A stretch of DNA of 64,000 nt, from NCBI GenBank assembly GCA_951406725.2, contig OX597829.1:36394001-36458000 (forward strand). The letters run 5' to 3'. A model generated the notes under the pieces. It saw only the letters and a list, made by a program, of their open reading frames with translations, did no database searches and had not been told where the DNA came from. The DNA comes from Octopus vulgaris (lineage: Eukaryota). The first letter of the stretch is position 1; every line of letters starts with the position of its first letter. Positions 13,146 to 31,089 of the stretch are shown here, piece after piece. The position numbers and the translations under genes were made by a program.

Positions 13146-13872
13146 ATTGCAATTAAGTTGCATTTAGGCAACACGTCTTCCGGCTTAAAACAACCATGTC
13201 TTTCATGTAAACATTTTAAGCAAAAACCACTAGTTGTAACTTCCTGTACGTTTTCTTTTACTAAGGAACGTTGAGCCAGTAGCAATTCACTTGTTTTGGG
13301 GGATCAATAGTTTAAAATAAGAAGTGCTACATTAACAGCAATAGCTGTATAAAATTGTGAGTTGTAAGAATATGTGTAGCAGCAGTATTGCTGTTGTAGT
13401 CGGTAAGGTAGCGGAATTGATGTTGTTAGTCAGCTTCGTGTCAGCACCGATCAAAGAGACCAACGAAGAAAGACGTCTCCGACTTGAGCACCATATTGTT
13501 CAGTATCTTATTCCAGTGTTTCATTCTTTTTTTTTAAATAGGAGAGTGTCATATGATAACATTTGTTTGCTAGTTCTAACAGGTTAAACCATATAGCTTT
13601 TTTACTTCTTGACTCGATGCTGTTCTCATCAAGCAGAATTTTGATCTAATGCATTGTAGCCGTGACAACAGTATGACTTTTCAAGTTAACAGTAATATAT
13701 TAACTAAAATGTGGAGCATTTCTGTAAGAGTACGGTGTGATTTGAGGGCTGTTATGCCTCACAGTTTCCTCATTGACTTTTGTTTTTGTTGCTGTTAGTG
13801 GTGCTGGTTAGTGTGTTTTCATTGCTCTTGGTAGGGCTGTTTTAGGAAATGTTTGCATGAAATATATATTAT

Positions 13873-14373
<501 letters not shown>

Positions 14374-15016
14374 TTGATATAGTTATATTTTTTTTTAATA
14401 CTGTTTTTGTTACCAGCGAAAACTGTCTTCAATTGCAAAGCCATGAGGCACAACAGAATTGACAATCAATCATTAAGAAAATTGAACAAAAATTTGATGT
14501 GTTCTGTTTTAGGCCAGAGAAAAAGAAAGTTGGTGTAATCAAAGAGTGCCTGAGAGAAGATGGAGAAGTTTAAAGGGGAAAGAGAGAGAGGGAAGAGAGA
14601 GAGAGAGGGGGGAAGAGAGAGAGAGAGGGGGGGAAGAGAGAGAGAGAGCACATAAGCGAGGTAGGATAAAATAAATGGGGCTTGTAAAATACGAATAGAA
14701 TAAAAGAACGCCAGTGGAAAATTCATTCCTTTTCACGTAGGGTTGGGATGATCAAAATGAGAAGGGTCATTGAGCGGAGGGTGAGGTATTAACACAAGCC
14801 GATATATAGCCGCACAGAAGCGCCAAACAAACATAGCATACGCACACACAAATAGATACGCACACACACACACACTCGCACACATGAACATACGCGCGCA
14901 CACGAACGCACTCAAGCACAGACACGCACACACATTTATATACACAAAGAAAGTTTGTGTGTGCGTGTGTGTGTGCGCGCGTACTTGTGTTTGTGTGTGT
15001 TTGTGTGTGTGTGTGC

Positions 15017-15550
<534 letters not shown>

Positions 15551-16214
15551 AGAGAGGGATGGATGGAGGGAGGGGGAAGGGTTGGTGTGATGGAAAACTC
15601 ATACAAAAATTATATAGAAAACCCGTTGGAGAAAATAGCGGAAGTAAAATATATAGTAAAGTATTCAGATAAAGTTCGAGCGACAGAAATAGGGAGCAGA
15701 GTGACAGGAATAGCAGAATAGAGAAAGTATATGTGTGTGTGTGTGTGTATGAGAGAGAGAGAGAGAGAGAGAGAAAGGAAGAGAGAGAGGGAGAGAGAGA
15801 GAGAGAAATGGAGAAACACTTCTCGACTTCTCTTATAACTTTCCCCTCTCCCTCTCCCTCCCTCCCCCCCTCTACATCATTATTTCCTTCCTTGCTTCCA
15901 TTAGCAACAGACTGTCACTCAGAAATTTTTCTGCGTCTGTTTTATATCAATTCTCTGTTGTGTGTGTATGTGTGTGTGTGTGGGGAGGTGGGGGGTGCGG
16001 TGAGAGGTAAGGGGGAAACGAGGTGGGGGGAGGGGGGAATTTGCAATAACAACAATGACATCGAAACAAACCCGAAAAAACAAAAAGAACACAAAAGCAA
16101 AAAAAAAACAACCAAAGACCATTTTGTACAACACGAAATAACTACTAGCAACAACGTACAAGCAGAAACAACACAACTACTTCAGGCCATTGATACCAAC
16201 AATAGCAATGCTAA

Positions 16215-16958
<744 letters not shown>

Positions 16959-17472
16959 CAAACTTGATGGATTCTCAAACCTATTACTGTTTAACAATAA
17001 CTGTGAAAGTATTATTATGCAATCATGGGGAGATAACTGATAACTGATCCAGTGGAAAGAGTCCGCTTGATCTGCAAATGACATTTTTGTGCGTGTGCGT
17101 TTTAGTTAATTTGCGTCTATGCATGCGTGTACGCGTGCATGTGCGTGCGTGATGATAACGATGCTGCTGGTTATAATGATGACGTTATTGCAATTCGAAG
17201 GTAAACATTTCTGTGGTTGTTATTGTTGTAGACGATTTGTTGTCACGGTAGGTGTTTTCCCCGGTAAGTTAAGGCTTGTGATATTTGAGTACATTATTCT
17301 TGTTGGCAGTGTTGTCGCCTTTTAGCAGCAGACTTACCGTGAAAGGAATTCCAACTATGATCTATCTTTTCTTATTTTCATATATGAAATATTTAGCATT
17401 TCTATATCTGTTTCTTTAAGACATTAGGATTGTTATTTGTGGATACTTAGCTGACATTTCTAGTTATATAGT

Positions 17473-17705
17473 TATTTCTTTACTACCCACAAGGGGCTAA
17501 GCACAGGGGGGACAAACAAGGACAAACGGATTTGTGTCGATTACATCGACCCCAGTGCGTAACTGGTGCTTGCTTAATTTATCGACCCCGAAAGGATGAA
17601 AGGCAAAGTCGACCTCGACGGAATTTGAACTCAGAACGTAGCGGCAGACGAAATACGGCTACGCATTTCGCCCAGCGTGCTAACGTTTCTGCCAGCTCGC
17701 CGCCT
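17473..17705 (-). mobile_element. SINE family A, full length with 12-bp TSD
   Basis: TSD TAGTTATATAGT at 17461-17472 and 17706-17717; minus-strand head GGCGGCGAGCTGGCAGAAACGTTAGCACG, B box GAGTTCAAATTCC. Confidence 0.92.
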
Positions 17706-18244
17706 TAGTTATATAGTGATCCCATAAAGGCTAACTCATAACGATGATGATGGCTTATACTGTTTATATCCGAAATATATTGTAATTCAGATGCTAAACA
17801 GCAGTTATATATTGACTATAGTTCATACTCCCTAGTGACCGGTGAAAAGAAAAATCCCTATTTGAAAAACTCCTTCAATACATTGGTCCCATCACATCGG
17901 AAGTTTAATGTTTTCCGGTGTACACGGCGATAAAAAATAGTTCTCATTGGATATTTTTTCAAATGATTGACGCTCATTATTCATAACATCTTATGTTAAA
18001 ACTATGTATTACATATTCATTCAACGAAGAAACCAACTAATAGAAACCAATTAACAAGCAAAGAATGCGACATCGGCGAGGTTTTTGTAAGCCTCAGGTC
18101 CAATAGAATTCCTTTAAATAAAGTCAAATATTTGTAGAGGAGGGATTGAAATTATACCTATATGGTACGAAATCCGGCCCTTCTACGGGATCCCTGGATT
18201 AATATAAATAGAAGCTTATCAGTTCGTTTCCTAACTTGGGAATG

Positions 18245-18337
<93 letters not shown>

Positions 18338-18478
18338 GGTATGTAGAAAAATACAACATGGACAAGAACGTATAACTCTTAGAAGACGACACAATAAACA
18401 CGGACAGGACATTCGAAACCCTCAGTCTTCAGTCAAGAACCGGATCATCGTAGTAATTTCGGCTGATATATATATATG

Positions 18479-18573
<95 letters not shown>

Positions 18574-18765
18574 ATATACACATACTCAGATTACACATTC
18601 CAATGACTAAAACCAATCCATGGGAAATAATTCAACTTTAGTCACGGAAAATATTTTTTTCAATGCTTCGTTTCACATTTCGCGACTACCTAACCAACCT
18701 AGCGTCTATGCACCTAGCATAGAAATTATCTATACACCTCCGGCTAGCATGTCTGAAGAACGTGG

Positions 18766-18998
18766 TATCGAGCTGGCAGAAACGTTAGCACACCGGTCAA
18801 AATGCGTAGCCGTATTTCGTCTGCCGTTAAGTTCTGAGTTCAAATTCCGCCAAGGTCGACTTTGTCTTTCATCCTTTCGGGGGTCGATAAATTAAGTACC
18901 AGTTACGCACTGGGGTCGTTGTAATCGACTTAATCCGTTTGTCTGTCCTTGTTTATCCTCTGCTATGTTTAGCCCCTTGTGGTTAATAAAGAAACAGA
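18766..18998 (+). mobile_element. SINE family A
   Basis: GAGCTGGCAGAAACGTTAGCAC...GAGTTCAAATTCCGCC...GCCCCTTGTGGTTAATAAAGAAA. Confidence 0.9.
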
Positions 18999-19094
18999 TA
19001 TGCCATAACCTGTAGTATATTGCTTGACGATATAAAAATCTAACCACTCTGTTATATTGAATTTACTTTTCTGATCCATGGAAAAGTAACTGGT

Positions 19095-19189
<95 letters not shown>

Positions 19190-19382
19190 GTGTAAAGAGA
19201 CAAAAGATGAACGATTCCGTACAGACGGCATTATATCATTTATAAAAGATGTTACGCAAATATAACCAGAAATATATTTGACAAAGAGAGAACATAATTC
19301 TTGAAGGTTCTCTACAGATGTTTCAAGAGTTCAGGGATTTGTTGATACATGCATTACGTATGCTGATGCAATAGCACACAGA

Positions 19383-19497
19383 AAAGAAGAAGAAGAAGAA
19401 GAAGAAGAAGAAGAAGAAGAAGACAAAGAAGAAGAAGAAGAAGAAGACAAAGAAGAAGAAGAAGAAGAAGAAGACAAAGAAGAAGAAGAAGAAGAAG

Positions 19498-19596
<99 letters not shown>

Positions 19597-19633
19597 CAGC
19601 AGCAGCAGCAGCAAAAGTAGTAGTAGTAGTAGT
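19383..19633. repeat. (GAA)n-(TAG)n-(CAG)n microsatellite
   Basis: Direct reading. Confidence 0.95.
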
Positions 19634-20289
19634 ATAGCGGATTTTTTTCTGCAACATGAAGGAGAAAGCCCTGCGTATGCGCAAAGGGCCCTAGAGACAA
19701 GAACGAGCATGCTGGTTCACGCAATGCCGATCTGTTTTGTGAGGCTAGACGGTAGCATTTACTGGTCGTCTGCTATATCAAGAGTATTTGAATGTGATAA
19801 ATGGTTGATGATATGTTACACTACAGATACAAAATATTTGCAATCAAATCCGATGTTGACGTACTTTCTAATTTCCTTCTCTTAAAGAAGACTTAAAGAA
19901 GGAAATTCCACTCGTTAAACAGACATTACGTAATAATAAATTAGTAGCACAGGTAATAAAACAATAAAATTTACTCACACTGATGCAATAAGCTAGCACT
20001 GATTAAAAGTATACATACGGCACAAATTCTATATTCTAAGAATCAAATGGATATAAATCTAATTAACATTAAAACTAGCAGCATATATCAGGCAGAACCA
20101 CAAACTTACTGTTAAAATATATTGTATATATTGCATTGATACAACAATGAGGAAATTGTCTAACATAAAACCTGCATTCCAAACCACATACGTAAAGTAT
20201 AAGTATGAAATTTTTAATGTGAAACTACGAAAGTTCAGGATTCAGTGTGTTACATCTGCCACACAATTATGACACTCAATCGTAGCTAA

Positions 20290-20692
20290 CCATGCATACA
20301 TACATATATACGTGCATACACGCATGCATACATACATGCATTTATGCATACATACATGCATGTATGTATGCATACATACATACATACATGTATGCATATA
20401 TACATATATACATACATAGATACATACAAACATACATACATACAATCATACATACATTCATACCTACATACCTACATACATACATTACATGCATGCATAC
20501 ATACATATATATACATACATACATACATACATCTATCCATACATACATATATATATATATACATACATATATACATGCGTACATACATATGTACATACAT
20601 GTATACATAGATACATGCATACATACATACATACATACATACATACATACATACATACATACATACATACATACATACATACATACATACAT
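20290..20692. repeat. Degenerate (TACA)n microsatellite
   Basis: Direct reading. Confidence 0.93.
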
Positions 20693-21245
20693 GATGGCTG
20701 CAAACTCATGTTCGAGTATTGCCATGGCCTGATCGAAAGTCTGACGCATGCGGAGGGTACAACAAACCATTTTTTTGTGGTGATGGGCCTTTACTGTTTT
20801 CAAGCAATGCCTGTGCATGATGATTTTTTATAGTTGGGGGGGGGATATTTACCCAAATCCAATCCCCCTCTCTGAACATGGACAACATAAACACGAAATG
20901 AAGAAGAACTAGAAGAACATTTTTAAGATTTAAAGGGTGAAAACAAAAAGTGATGTTTTCCTTCACAAACCTTGCTTCTAAGCAAGTGACTGGTCAACAT
21001 TAACTCTAACGCACCCGCGCGACTCTTACATACACCACCACACACATGCAAGTATGTGGTGTGTGTGTATTTGTTTTGTTTTTTTTGTACATGGTGCAGA
21101 ATGGCATTATATTTAGATCTTGCTCATTCTTTATGATTCTTGAATTGTTTACTTATTCATTTCCCTTCTGTCCCTTTTCTTTGTTTTAGTTACACACACA
21201 CACACACACACACACATACGCATACACACACACACAAGCATACAC

Positions 21246-21287
<42 letters not shown>

Positions 21288-21725
21288 AATCCGTTAATAT
21301 GTCTTTTAGTTTGTGCGAGTATCGTGCACAAAGTAAGGAAGGAATATAAAAAAAAACTTGCCACTGAAATAAAGATAAATATTCTATTACTAGTCTAACA
21401 TCTTCAAGGTAGGAAAATTGTTGCCACAAACGATAAATACCAGATAACATCTAGACAGGACGTTTACACGCTTTCTAAACTTGTGAAAAAAGCTTTCTCA
21501 CTCTTTCCTTTACCTACCTACAATAGATAAGTAAATACACATACATGAGTATGTATGTCTGTACGTACGTACGTATGCATGTATGGATGTATGTACTGAT
21601 GTACATGTGTATTTGTGTGTGCATGGATGGATGGATGGATGGATATTATAAACACACATACAAAGTGTTTTGTTCTTTTGAAAGTATATGTGTGTGTATG
21701 TGTATGTGCATATATATGTATATAA

Positions 21726-21774
<49 letters not shown>

Positions 21775-21806
21775 TAGATAGATATACACACATACATACA
21801 TACATA

Positions 21807-21877
<71 letters not shown>

Positions 21878-22489
21878 GCTTTTAAGAAAACAAAGAACAA
21901 ATGAAAAACTGAGAAAAGAACAAATGTAATGTAAGAGAGGAAAGAGCGAGCATGAGGGGGAGATAGCAACCAAGCCTATGTTTTCTGGTATTGCTTACTT
22001 TCCTTATACAATAGACATACAAACCTAGTTAGCATGATGTGTGCTAGTGGATAAAATCATTTATATTGACCAACCGCGTACATGACATATGTCATGCAGT
22101 CGGTGACACAGAGTACAAGTAACAATCTATTCGTATCTTGATACTTAAAGTATTCAAATTTACTTAAAATTTACTTCAAATATATAATTTAAATGTAATC
22201 TCTACATAGTTAATTAGTCAATTTAAACCACTATATTTACCACTCGTGTTTTCGATGTTGTTAGTTTAGTGGCTAAAATACCTCGTTAAATAAGCAGTTA
22301 TCCCAAAATCATTAAGAGGTACTTTCTTTTGATGAAAGAGTATTGTCTCAAACAATTCTCATTAATTCTTATATATCTCAAGGAATATTTCTGTACTAAT
22401 CACAAGAAAAACTGTAGCCTCGTGCTTTATGTGGATCTACCAATTATATATGCATATATATTTTATATATATATATATAATATGTGTGT

Positions 22490-22702
22490 ATGTGTTTCTG
22501 TCTGTATTTTTCCCCACTACCACCGCATATCAACCGATATTGGTGTGTTTACATTCCCGTAAACTCGCGGTTCGGCAAAAGACACCGATAGTAGAATAAT
22601 TATCAGGCTTAGAGAAGACGTACTGGGATCGAATCATTCGACTAAAAATTCAAGCCGCTGCCCGCAGCATGGCAGCAGTCAAAGAAAAATATAAAAGATA
22701 AA
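22490..22702 (+). mobile_element. SINE family B, 3' half, diverged
   Basis: GGTTCGGCAAAAGACACCGATAG...GCAGCATGGCAGCAGTCAAA matches the 3' half of the 63.1k copy. Confidence 0.7.
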
Positions 22703-22704
22703 AG

Positions 22705-23112
22705 ATACACTCGATGAGCATATAGGGATCAATTATCCAGGTGGGTACCGTGGGAGCTCTCAGGTATAGTCCAGGTTCCGTAGAATTTTTAGCAACATTA
22801 CTCGGGAGTGGCCATGGAAACGAGAATGGACCCCAACTTACGTTGAGGCCCAAATATTCTCACGATTCTTCTTTCATTACCTTTCCTATCAAACTTTTTT
22901 TCCAACCAGTTGCCATCCTTGACCGCTAAATCCACAAGTTTTTTTGTTTTGTTTTTTTTCTCTCTCTGTTTATTTTCTTTTATTCCTTTCTCTTGAAGAG
23001 CTCAGGCTCGAACCGTAAAAGATTTTCTCACTTTCCCGAACGTCAAATTAATACAGCTGGATGTTGTTCATGCACCTGTTTTCGTCTTCTATTTTTCTGT
23101 AAATTTCAACTA
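22705..23112 (+). mobile_element. Internally deleted Penelope-like retroelement relic
   Basis: GGAGTGGCCATGGAAACGAGAATGGACCCCAAC encodes GVAMETRMDPN (cf. Penelope RT GVAMGTxMGPxYA). It is followed by a pLTR-like tail with TTGAA-GAGC-TCAG-GCTC-GAACCGTA that ends in TA repeats. Confidence 0.6.
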
Positions 23113-23297
23113 TATATACACACACGTGTGCGTATGTGTGTTTGTGTATAACGGGAGAAAAGAGAAGAAAAGAGAGAAAAATAATAATTGGCATATTCAG
23201 GTGTGTTGGGCATGTATTGCTCTGTGTACAATCTTAATTCAAAATTATTTTTAAAACAGTATCATAATTTCCCATCGACAAAATGAAATTTAATATG

Positions 23298-23505
23298 AAG
23301 GCGGCGTGTCGGTAGAATCGTTAGCACCCCAGGCGAAATGCTTAGCGGTATTTTGTCTGCCGCTACATTCTGAGTTCAAATTCCGCCGAAGTTGACGTTA
23401 CCTTTCAACCTTTCGGGTCGATTAAATAAGTACCAGTTGCGTACTGAGGTCGATGTACTCAGCTTAATTTGTTTGTCCCCTCTATGTTTAGCCTCTTTTG
23501 GACAA

Positions 23506-23512
<7 letters not shown>
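23298..23512 (+). mobile_element. SINE family A
   Basis: Head AGGCGGCG..GGTAGAATCGTTAGCAC, B box GAGTTCAAATTCC, family core, (TAAA)n tail. Confidence 0.85.
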
Positions 23513-23536
<24 letters not shown>

Positions 23537-23813
23537 ATATGAAATTCTATTTCATTTCTATATGAATACTTCATTCCGATGCTTTATTTACACATACATG
23601 TATATATACCTATGCTACACACACATACACACACATGCACACACACACGCACACACACGCACACGTGTATTGTCGTTCTTATCTAATATAAATAATTTAA
23701 ATTTGCACTTTTCATAATTTCTCTCATCTTTCCATAATCAATATTTTCCATAATCCTTTGTTTGATACAATTTATTTATATATCTCTTCATTGTTTTTTT
23801 TTTTTTTTTTCAG

Positions 23814-24010
23814 TGAAAGTTCAAGGTGCTGAAGCAAGTTCAAAGTGGAATGGTCCTTGCCCGGTACAAACGGGGAAGATACCCGTCTCGCTGCCAAACG
23901 CTCCTCCTTTACCAGGACCATATTCCACTATTCTCATAAATTCTGGTACAGACTTCTGCCCGACAGGAAATCCTGATAAAATCAGTTCACTTGCGGGTGG
24001 AATATTCTGA
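23814..24010 (+). CDS. Probable terminal coding exon of a host gene (~65 aa C-terminus; tentatively Phox2-like)
   Basis: Long poly-T tract plus CAG acceptor (AG at 23812-23813). GC-richer, non-repetitive open frame KVQGAEASSKWNGPCPVQTGKIPVSLPNAPPLPGPYSTILINSGTDFCPTGNPDKISSLAGGIF ending at TGA, then UTR-like sequence. Identity rests only on recalled motif resemblance. Confidence 0.65.
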
Positions 24011-24367
24011 GCAGGAAATGTGAAGTTTTCACCTGTCTGGAACTCTCTACATATCCCAAACTAACACTTTTAACATAGAATTCCAGATATAGTGAAAACC
24101 AAACATAGTGCCATAATATATAATGAAAAAATCCAAAACGCATCTCCCGAAGGGATAATCTCTTTTTTTTTTCTTCTTAAAGAAATGTGGCATTGCATGT
24201 GTGTTAATTTTTTAATTTCAATTCTTAATTTTGATTATATAAGATGATGTTACACAATTTTAGCGGATTATTGTTTCGCCAGATTAACGCACGTTTATTA
24301 TAAGAGATGCTGTTTCTTTGTTCACTATTATTAGATCTTGCGTCCTTATAATTTATTACCATCATCA

Positions 24368-24418
24368 ACATTATTATTATTATTATTATTAATATTATTA
24401 TTATTATTATTATTATTA

Positions 24419-24467
<49 letters not shown>

Positions 24468-24544
24468 TACTACTACTACTATTATTATTATTATTATTAT
24501 TATTATTACTACTACTATTATTATTATTATTATTATCATCATCA

Positions 24545-24581
<37 letters not shown>

Positions 24582-24650
24582 CATTACCATTATTATTATT
24601 ATTATTATTATTATTATAATTATTAGTATTATTATTATTATTATTATCAG

Positions 24651-24685
<35 letters not shown>

Positions 24686-24720
24686 TCATTGTCATCATTA
24701 TCATTATTGTTATTATTGAT
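24368..24720. repeat. (TTA)n-rich microsatellite
   Basis: Direct reading. Confidence 0.95.
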
Positions 24721-25168
24721 AGTTATATTGATAATAAGAATATTATTATTACGATTATTCTTAATATTATCACCATCATCGATATTATTATTAATGTTAT
24801 CATTATTTCTTTTACTGTTTTTTTTTTTTTTCTGAATGTTATGTCGCAACCATTTTTGATTACCTGCCACGAGTGAATTCCCGTATAATGAGTTCACATT
24901 TTCTTCAAAATTTTATCAAATATCCCTCTCCCAAGTTTAAAAAAAAAAATGCAACAATAATTATAACTTGAAAAAGATTTTAAAAAAATTTCAAAAAAAT
25001 CATATACATTCCATTGATAAAGTATTTTTGACGATTTGGAAGAAAATTAACATATATGGATTATATGCGTAATCTGAAAGTGTCTGCAAGTGTGTAGATA
25101 AACAAATATGTATGTATATATGTATGCACAAATGTATATAGATATACGTGAATGTGTTTATATGTGTA

Positions 25169-25206
<38 letters not shown>

Positions 25207-25367
25207 CATACATGTGTGTGTGCGTGTGTTTGTGAGCGTGTATATATATATATATATATTATAAATGTATATATGTTATATATACGTATGTATATATATG
25301 TATGCACATAATAGATGAATAGGTAGGTAGACGAATTTGCATATATATATATATGAACATACATATG

Positions 25368-25402
<35 letters not shown>

Positions 25403-25556
25403 GTGTGTGTATGTATTGATATATACAAACGACAAACACATACATGGATACACATATATGTTTTGCTTTATAATATTTAATATACATATAATATTTATAG
25501 CTATATATACACACACCCGCGCATAGACATATAAATGCATATATATATATAAATAT

Positions 25557-25593
<37 letters not shown>

Positions 25594-26558
25594 AACATAT
25601 ATATATATGTATAAATAAATACATATATACAGTTATGATTATATATATATGTATATATACATATATATACGTATGTATATATATATATATACATATACAT
25701 ATCCATATATATATATATATACGTTTCTCTATGTATATATACATATATATGTATACATGTATGTATGTGTATATATGTATATGTGTACAATTTTTGAAGT
25801 GTGTACAATTTTTAAAGGGTGTACAGATTTTATTTATTAAGAAAAAGATGATAGTCAGGATTTGCACAAAACCATTTTTTAGCGCTTTTGTCCCCTTTTA
25901 GAGAGACAATAGTGTGAAATAAATAGTTTTATCCAAATCGTAATTATCCCTTTTCAAAGATATGTGTGTGTACGCGTGCGTGTGTGTATGTATGTGTGTA
26001 TTTATATATGTGTGTATGTATGCAGGTGTGTTTGTATATATATATATATATGTATGTATATATAGATGTATGTATATATGTATATATAGATGTATGTATG
26101 TATGTATTTATGTATGTATCTATCTAAGTATCTTTGTATGAATGTATGTAGGTAAGTAGGTAGGTATGAATGCATATGTATATGTACGCTTGTGATTGCA
26201 TATCTGTGTATGAAGTTGTATGAAAAGGTCTACATTGCATACGCGAATGTTAAAAAATTCTTTGTTTCTATGTTCGATATTTTTTGCTCCATATGTTGTT
26301 CTAGTGTAAATCAACCCGAAGATGACGGTTAATATTAAATATTTAATTAATGAATTACTTATCATTGCTTAACACCACTAACTACGACGACTCTTCTATT
26401 ACTACTACTACTACTACTACTACTACGTCTGTTTTTTATTATTATCATTATTATTGATCATGTAATTTATATTAACATTATTTTTAAGAATTACTAGCAT
26501 TATTGCTTCTGTCGCTCAATCGAATTGTGATATATATATATATATGCATATATGTATG

Positions 26559-26628
<70 letters not shown>

Positions 26629-27195
26629 TATATGTACATACATATATATATATATATACATACACACACATATATATAATATATACATACAAACATATTA
26701 TGCATACATATATACATATTGTACAATCGAAGTATTTATGGTTAAATCTCTGATTGGGGCATCTCTTATAGTGCGAAGGTTTACTGTGTTTGTATTTATC
26801 TACTTACTTAGTTCTTTCTTTATTTACTTAGATGACGGTGAGATTATTGGTGGTGGTAACGGCCAAGATGTTGACATAAATGAAAACAACAACAAGATTG
26901 TGAATATAATGACAACATTAGTGTGACTATGGCAAGAAGGAAAATGACTAAAGAATATACAGGAATCACTACGTTATTACTGTAATTTACTGAGGATAAA
27001 GATATATTGCAATAGTGAACAATCAAAGCTATATAACACAAGAAAGAGGGTATAATTTTGGAATGCACATTGTAAAGATTTTTTAATAATAATAATAATA
27101 ATAATAACAACAACAACAACAACAACAGCATCGGTGGTGACAACAACAATAAAATCGTGAACAATAAAAAAACCACAACAATAACAATAACAATG

Positions 27196-27259
<64 letters not shown>

Positions 27260-27622
27260 GTATATATCAGAGAATATATTCTCTTAAAAAAAAAACAAGA
27301 AAAAAAAAACAAACATACTCTGCACAGTCACTATTTGATATGATAAGCACAGAAATAATTCAACGAAACAATACAATTCCTTTTACACATACTCTTCACA
27401 ACTGATGAAATACTAGAATAATATCAGAAATATTGAAATCTGTCTCAGCCAATAAAGTAAAACTGATGTAGCATATCAACACAATTTCTACATTCCAAAA
27501 TCAATGCTATACGCCTCAGAACATGGCACACTAGACATTCACATCCCACTGCTGAAACAACAATAAAAATAATCATAGTAAAAACACTAAGGAAATACTA
27601 ATACTACTACTACTACTACTAC

Positions 27623-27733
<111 letters not shown>

Positions 27734-27735
27734 TA

Positions 27736-27772
<37 letters not shown>

Positions 27773-28020
27773 TATTATTATTATTATTATTATTATCATT
27801 ATTATTATTATTATTATTATTATTAGCATAAGATCAGCAATTTTAATGGTAGGAGGTTAATCGAATATATCGACCTATCCTGTAACGTTGAAAGACAAAG
27901 TTGACCTCGGTGAAAATTTGAATTCAGAACGCAAAGATTTGGAAGAAATACTGCTACGTATCTCGTCAAATGCACTAACGATTACTCTAGCTCAACAACA
28001 TCTTAATCATCAGTAACAAC

Positions 28021-28096
<76 letters not shown>

Positions 28097-29399
28097 GCAA
28101 CAACAATAACAACAATAATAACAATAATAATGCTCAGATAACTGCTTTGTTGGGGATAGCGAGGAAGAGACCTCTTGAGACCTTTGACAACAGGAGCTAT
28201 CCCCCTAAGAGATTTAAACGGAGCTATTGAAATCGAGTTCTCTGAGAAGTGAAGTGGAAATAATTATAATTCCTGGATTTTTACTTATATTACCATAGGT
28301 GCGAAATGTGAGGAGGCTGTGCAAGAAAAGGTTACATAAAGTAGAGAATGACACGAAACTTGAATGAATTCTAAAAATGATAGTATAGAAATTCGTCATA
28401 GCCTCCGAATGATTACCACCCAGTGTCATACTAGAAATTTCTAAATCCAGCAATATTTGAATACCAAATATTAAGTTCCCCCTCCATGCTCTAATCCCCG
28501 ACCTACAAGCACATTCACTCGCCTCTCTCGCCCACCTTTCAGGGAAATTACTAGATCGCCATTTAACTGTCTTCAACTGCCGCTTCATTTTCGAAGCTGA
28601 TTTTTTAAAATGTTGGTGAGTTGCTTGGCTGCACTTTCTGCTGCGTCCAAAGATTAATCTTTTTTTTTTATTTTTGCATTTTCACCGGAGAGAGAACTGT
28701 CTGCCTTACCCATAGCATTTTTAGTGTTTATATACTATCATTATAGATCAGCGACACGATAATGGTTGGCTAAATTCATATTTGCTTTTAGTAAATCTGA
28801 AAAATATTACGCTTCACTTATGCTTCATCTCTGTATGCTCGACAGTAGACAATACATTTATTTAGTAATTGGTTTCTAATTTGTGATATATCATTGAAGG
28901 AAAAAAAAAACAAATTTATTTGAATCTCTGTTTCTCCGTCTTATATCATGATTTCATTATTATTTCTCTTTTTCCAACTAAAATAGCTTTTTTGTTATCT
29001 TAATGTTATGATATGAGGTAGAGAGAGCTAGTAACGTTTAACATTAATATCAAGATTTTATCAACAAATTGGAATACTTTTGGACACAGAGGTATAGATT
29101 AAGTCTTGATATGACAGTCTATGTTTATGTGCACAGAATTACACACTAATATACAGGCACTTATGCACACACGCACACACAAATACACACTATATGTATA
29201 TGGGTGAGTGGACGAACGAGAAAAGAGGTATTTAGTACTCAAATATTTAGTAAGAGTTATATATATATTATGATTTAAAACAGCTTAATTTGGTCTCTTA
29301 CAACTTTACGTTTCGTCGGCTCGGGCTTAGTTAGCCGAATAGAAAGTTGTCAAATATTGAATACTTTAATATGCATGGGGCCAAACTAAACTGTTTTAG

Positions 29400-29773
<374 letters not shown>

Positions 29774-29976
29774 CTTTCTACTATGAACTTGAAATTTGGG
29801 GGAGGGAACTAATCGATAACATCGACCCGTGTTACACTAGTACTTAATTTATCGACTCCGGAAAGATGAAAGACAAAGCAGACCTCGGCGGAATTTGAAC
29901 ACAAAACGTGAAAGCAGATAAAATACCGCTAGGCATTTCGCCTGGCGTGCTAACGATTCTACCAGATTGCCGCCTT
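29774..29976 (-). mobile_element. SINE family A, diverged
   Basis: Reverse complement of the family core: ACTTAATTTATCGAC..GATGAAAG..GACCTCGGCGGAATTTGAAC...GCTAACGATTCTACCAG..GCCGCCTT. Confidence 0.82.
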
Positions 29977-29988
29977 AGTAGTAGTAGT

Positions 29989-30545
<557 letters not shown>

Positions 30546-31031
30546 AATAATAATAGTACATATATATATATATATATATTTAAATATATTTACACACACA
30601 CACATACGTGCGCGCACACACACATATAGTAAGACGAAGGATATGATATCCAGAGATATACCGAGGTTTGATAAGGCTAGTTCCTTCAGATGGTAAATTT
30701 CCTTTAAACTCCCATCCGACGTTACAGTTGCTTCCTGGCTGCTTAGAGTGTTAAGTACAATATTGATAATAAAGAGATTCCATCTAAGAATATCTGAAGA
30801 AGGAATGTTATTCCGAAATATTATATCAGACTATGGAATTACAACAGGTACATAGCCCATTGTCTGTGTTATAGTGCATTGTACCATTCAAAACTTTTTA
30901 TTCTTTATAGAGAATGAAGAATTTGAACGTTAAAACTGAATGTTATTTACAATTGGCGGCATAGATTTTGAATGTTTAAATTCTTCACTCTCCTTATCAA
31001 TATTGAGCTATATATATATATATATAGATAT

Positions 31032-31089
<58 letters not shown>

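Noticed and set aside
14741-14785. Short AG...GT-bounded candidate exon
   Set aside because: Weak donor and no recognisable peptide; more likely non-coding.
28214-28588. 124-aa minus-strand ORF in unique sequence
   Set aside because: No recognisable domain, splice signals or codon pattern.
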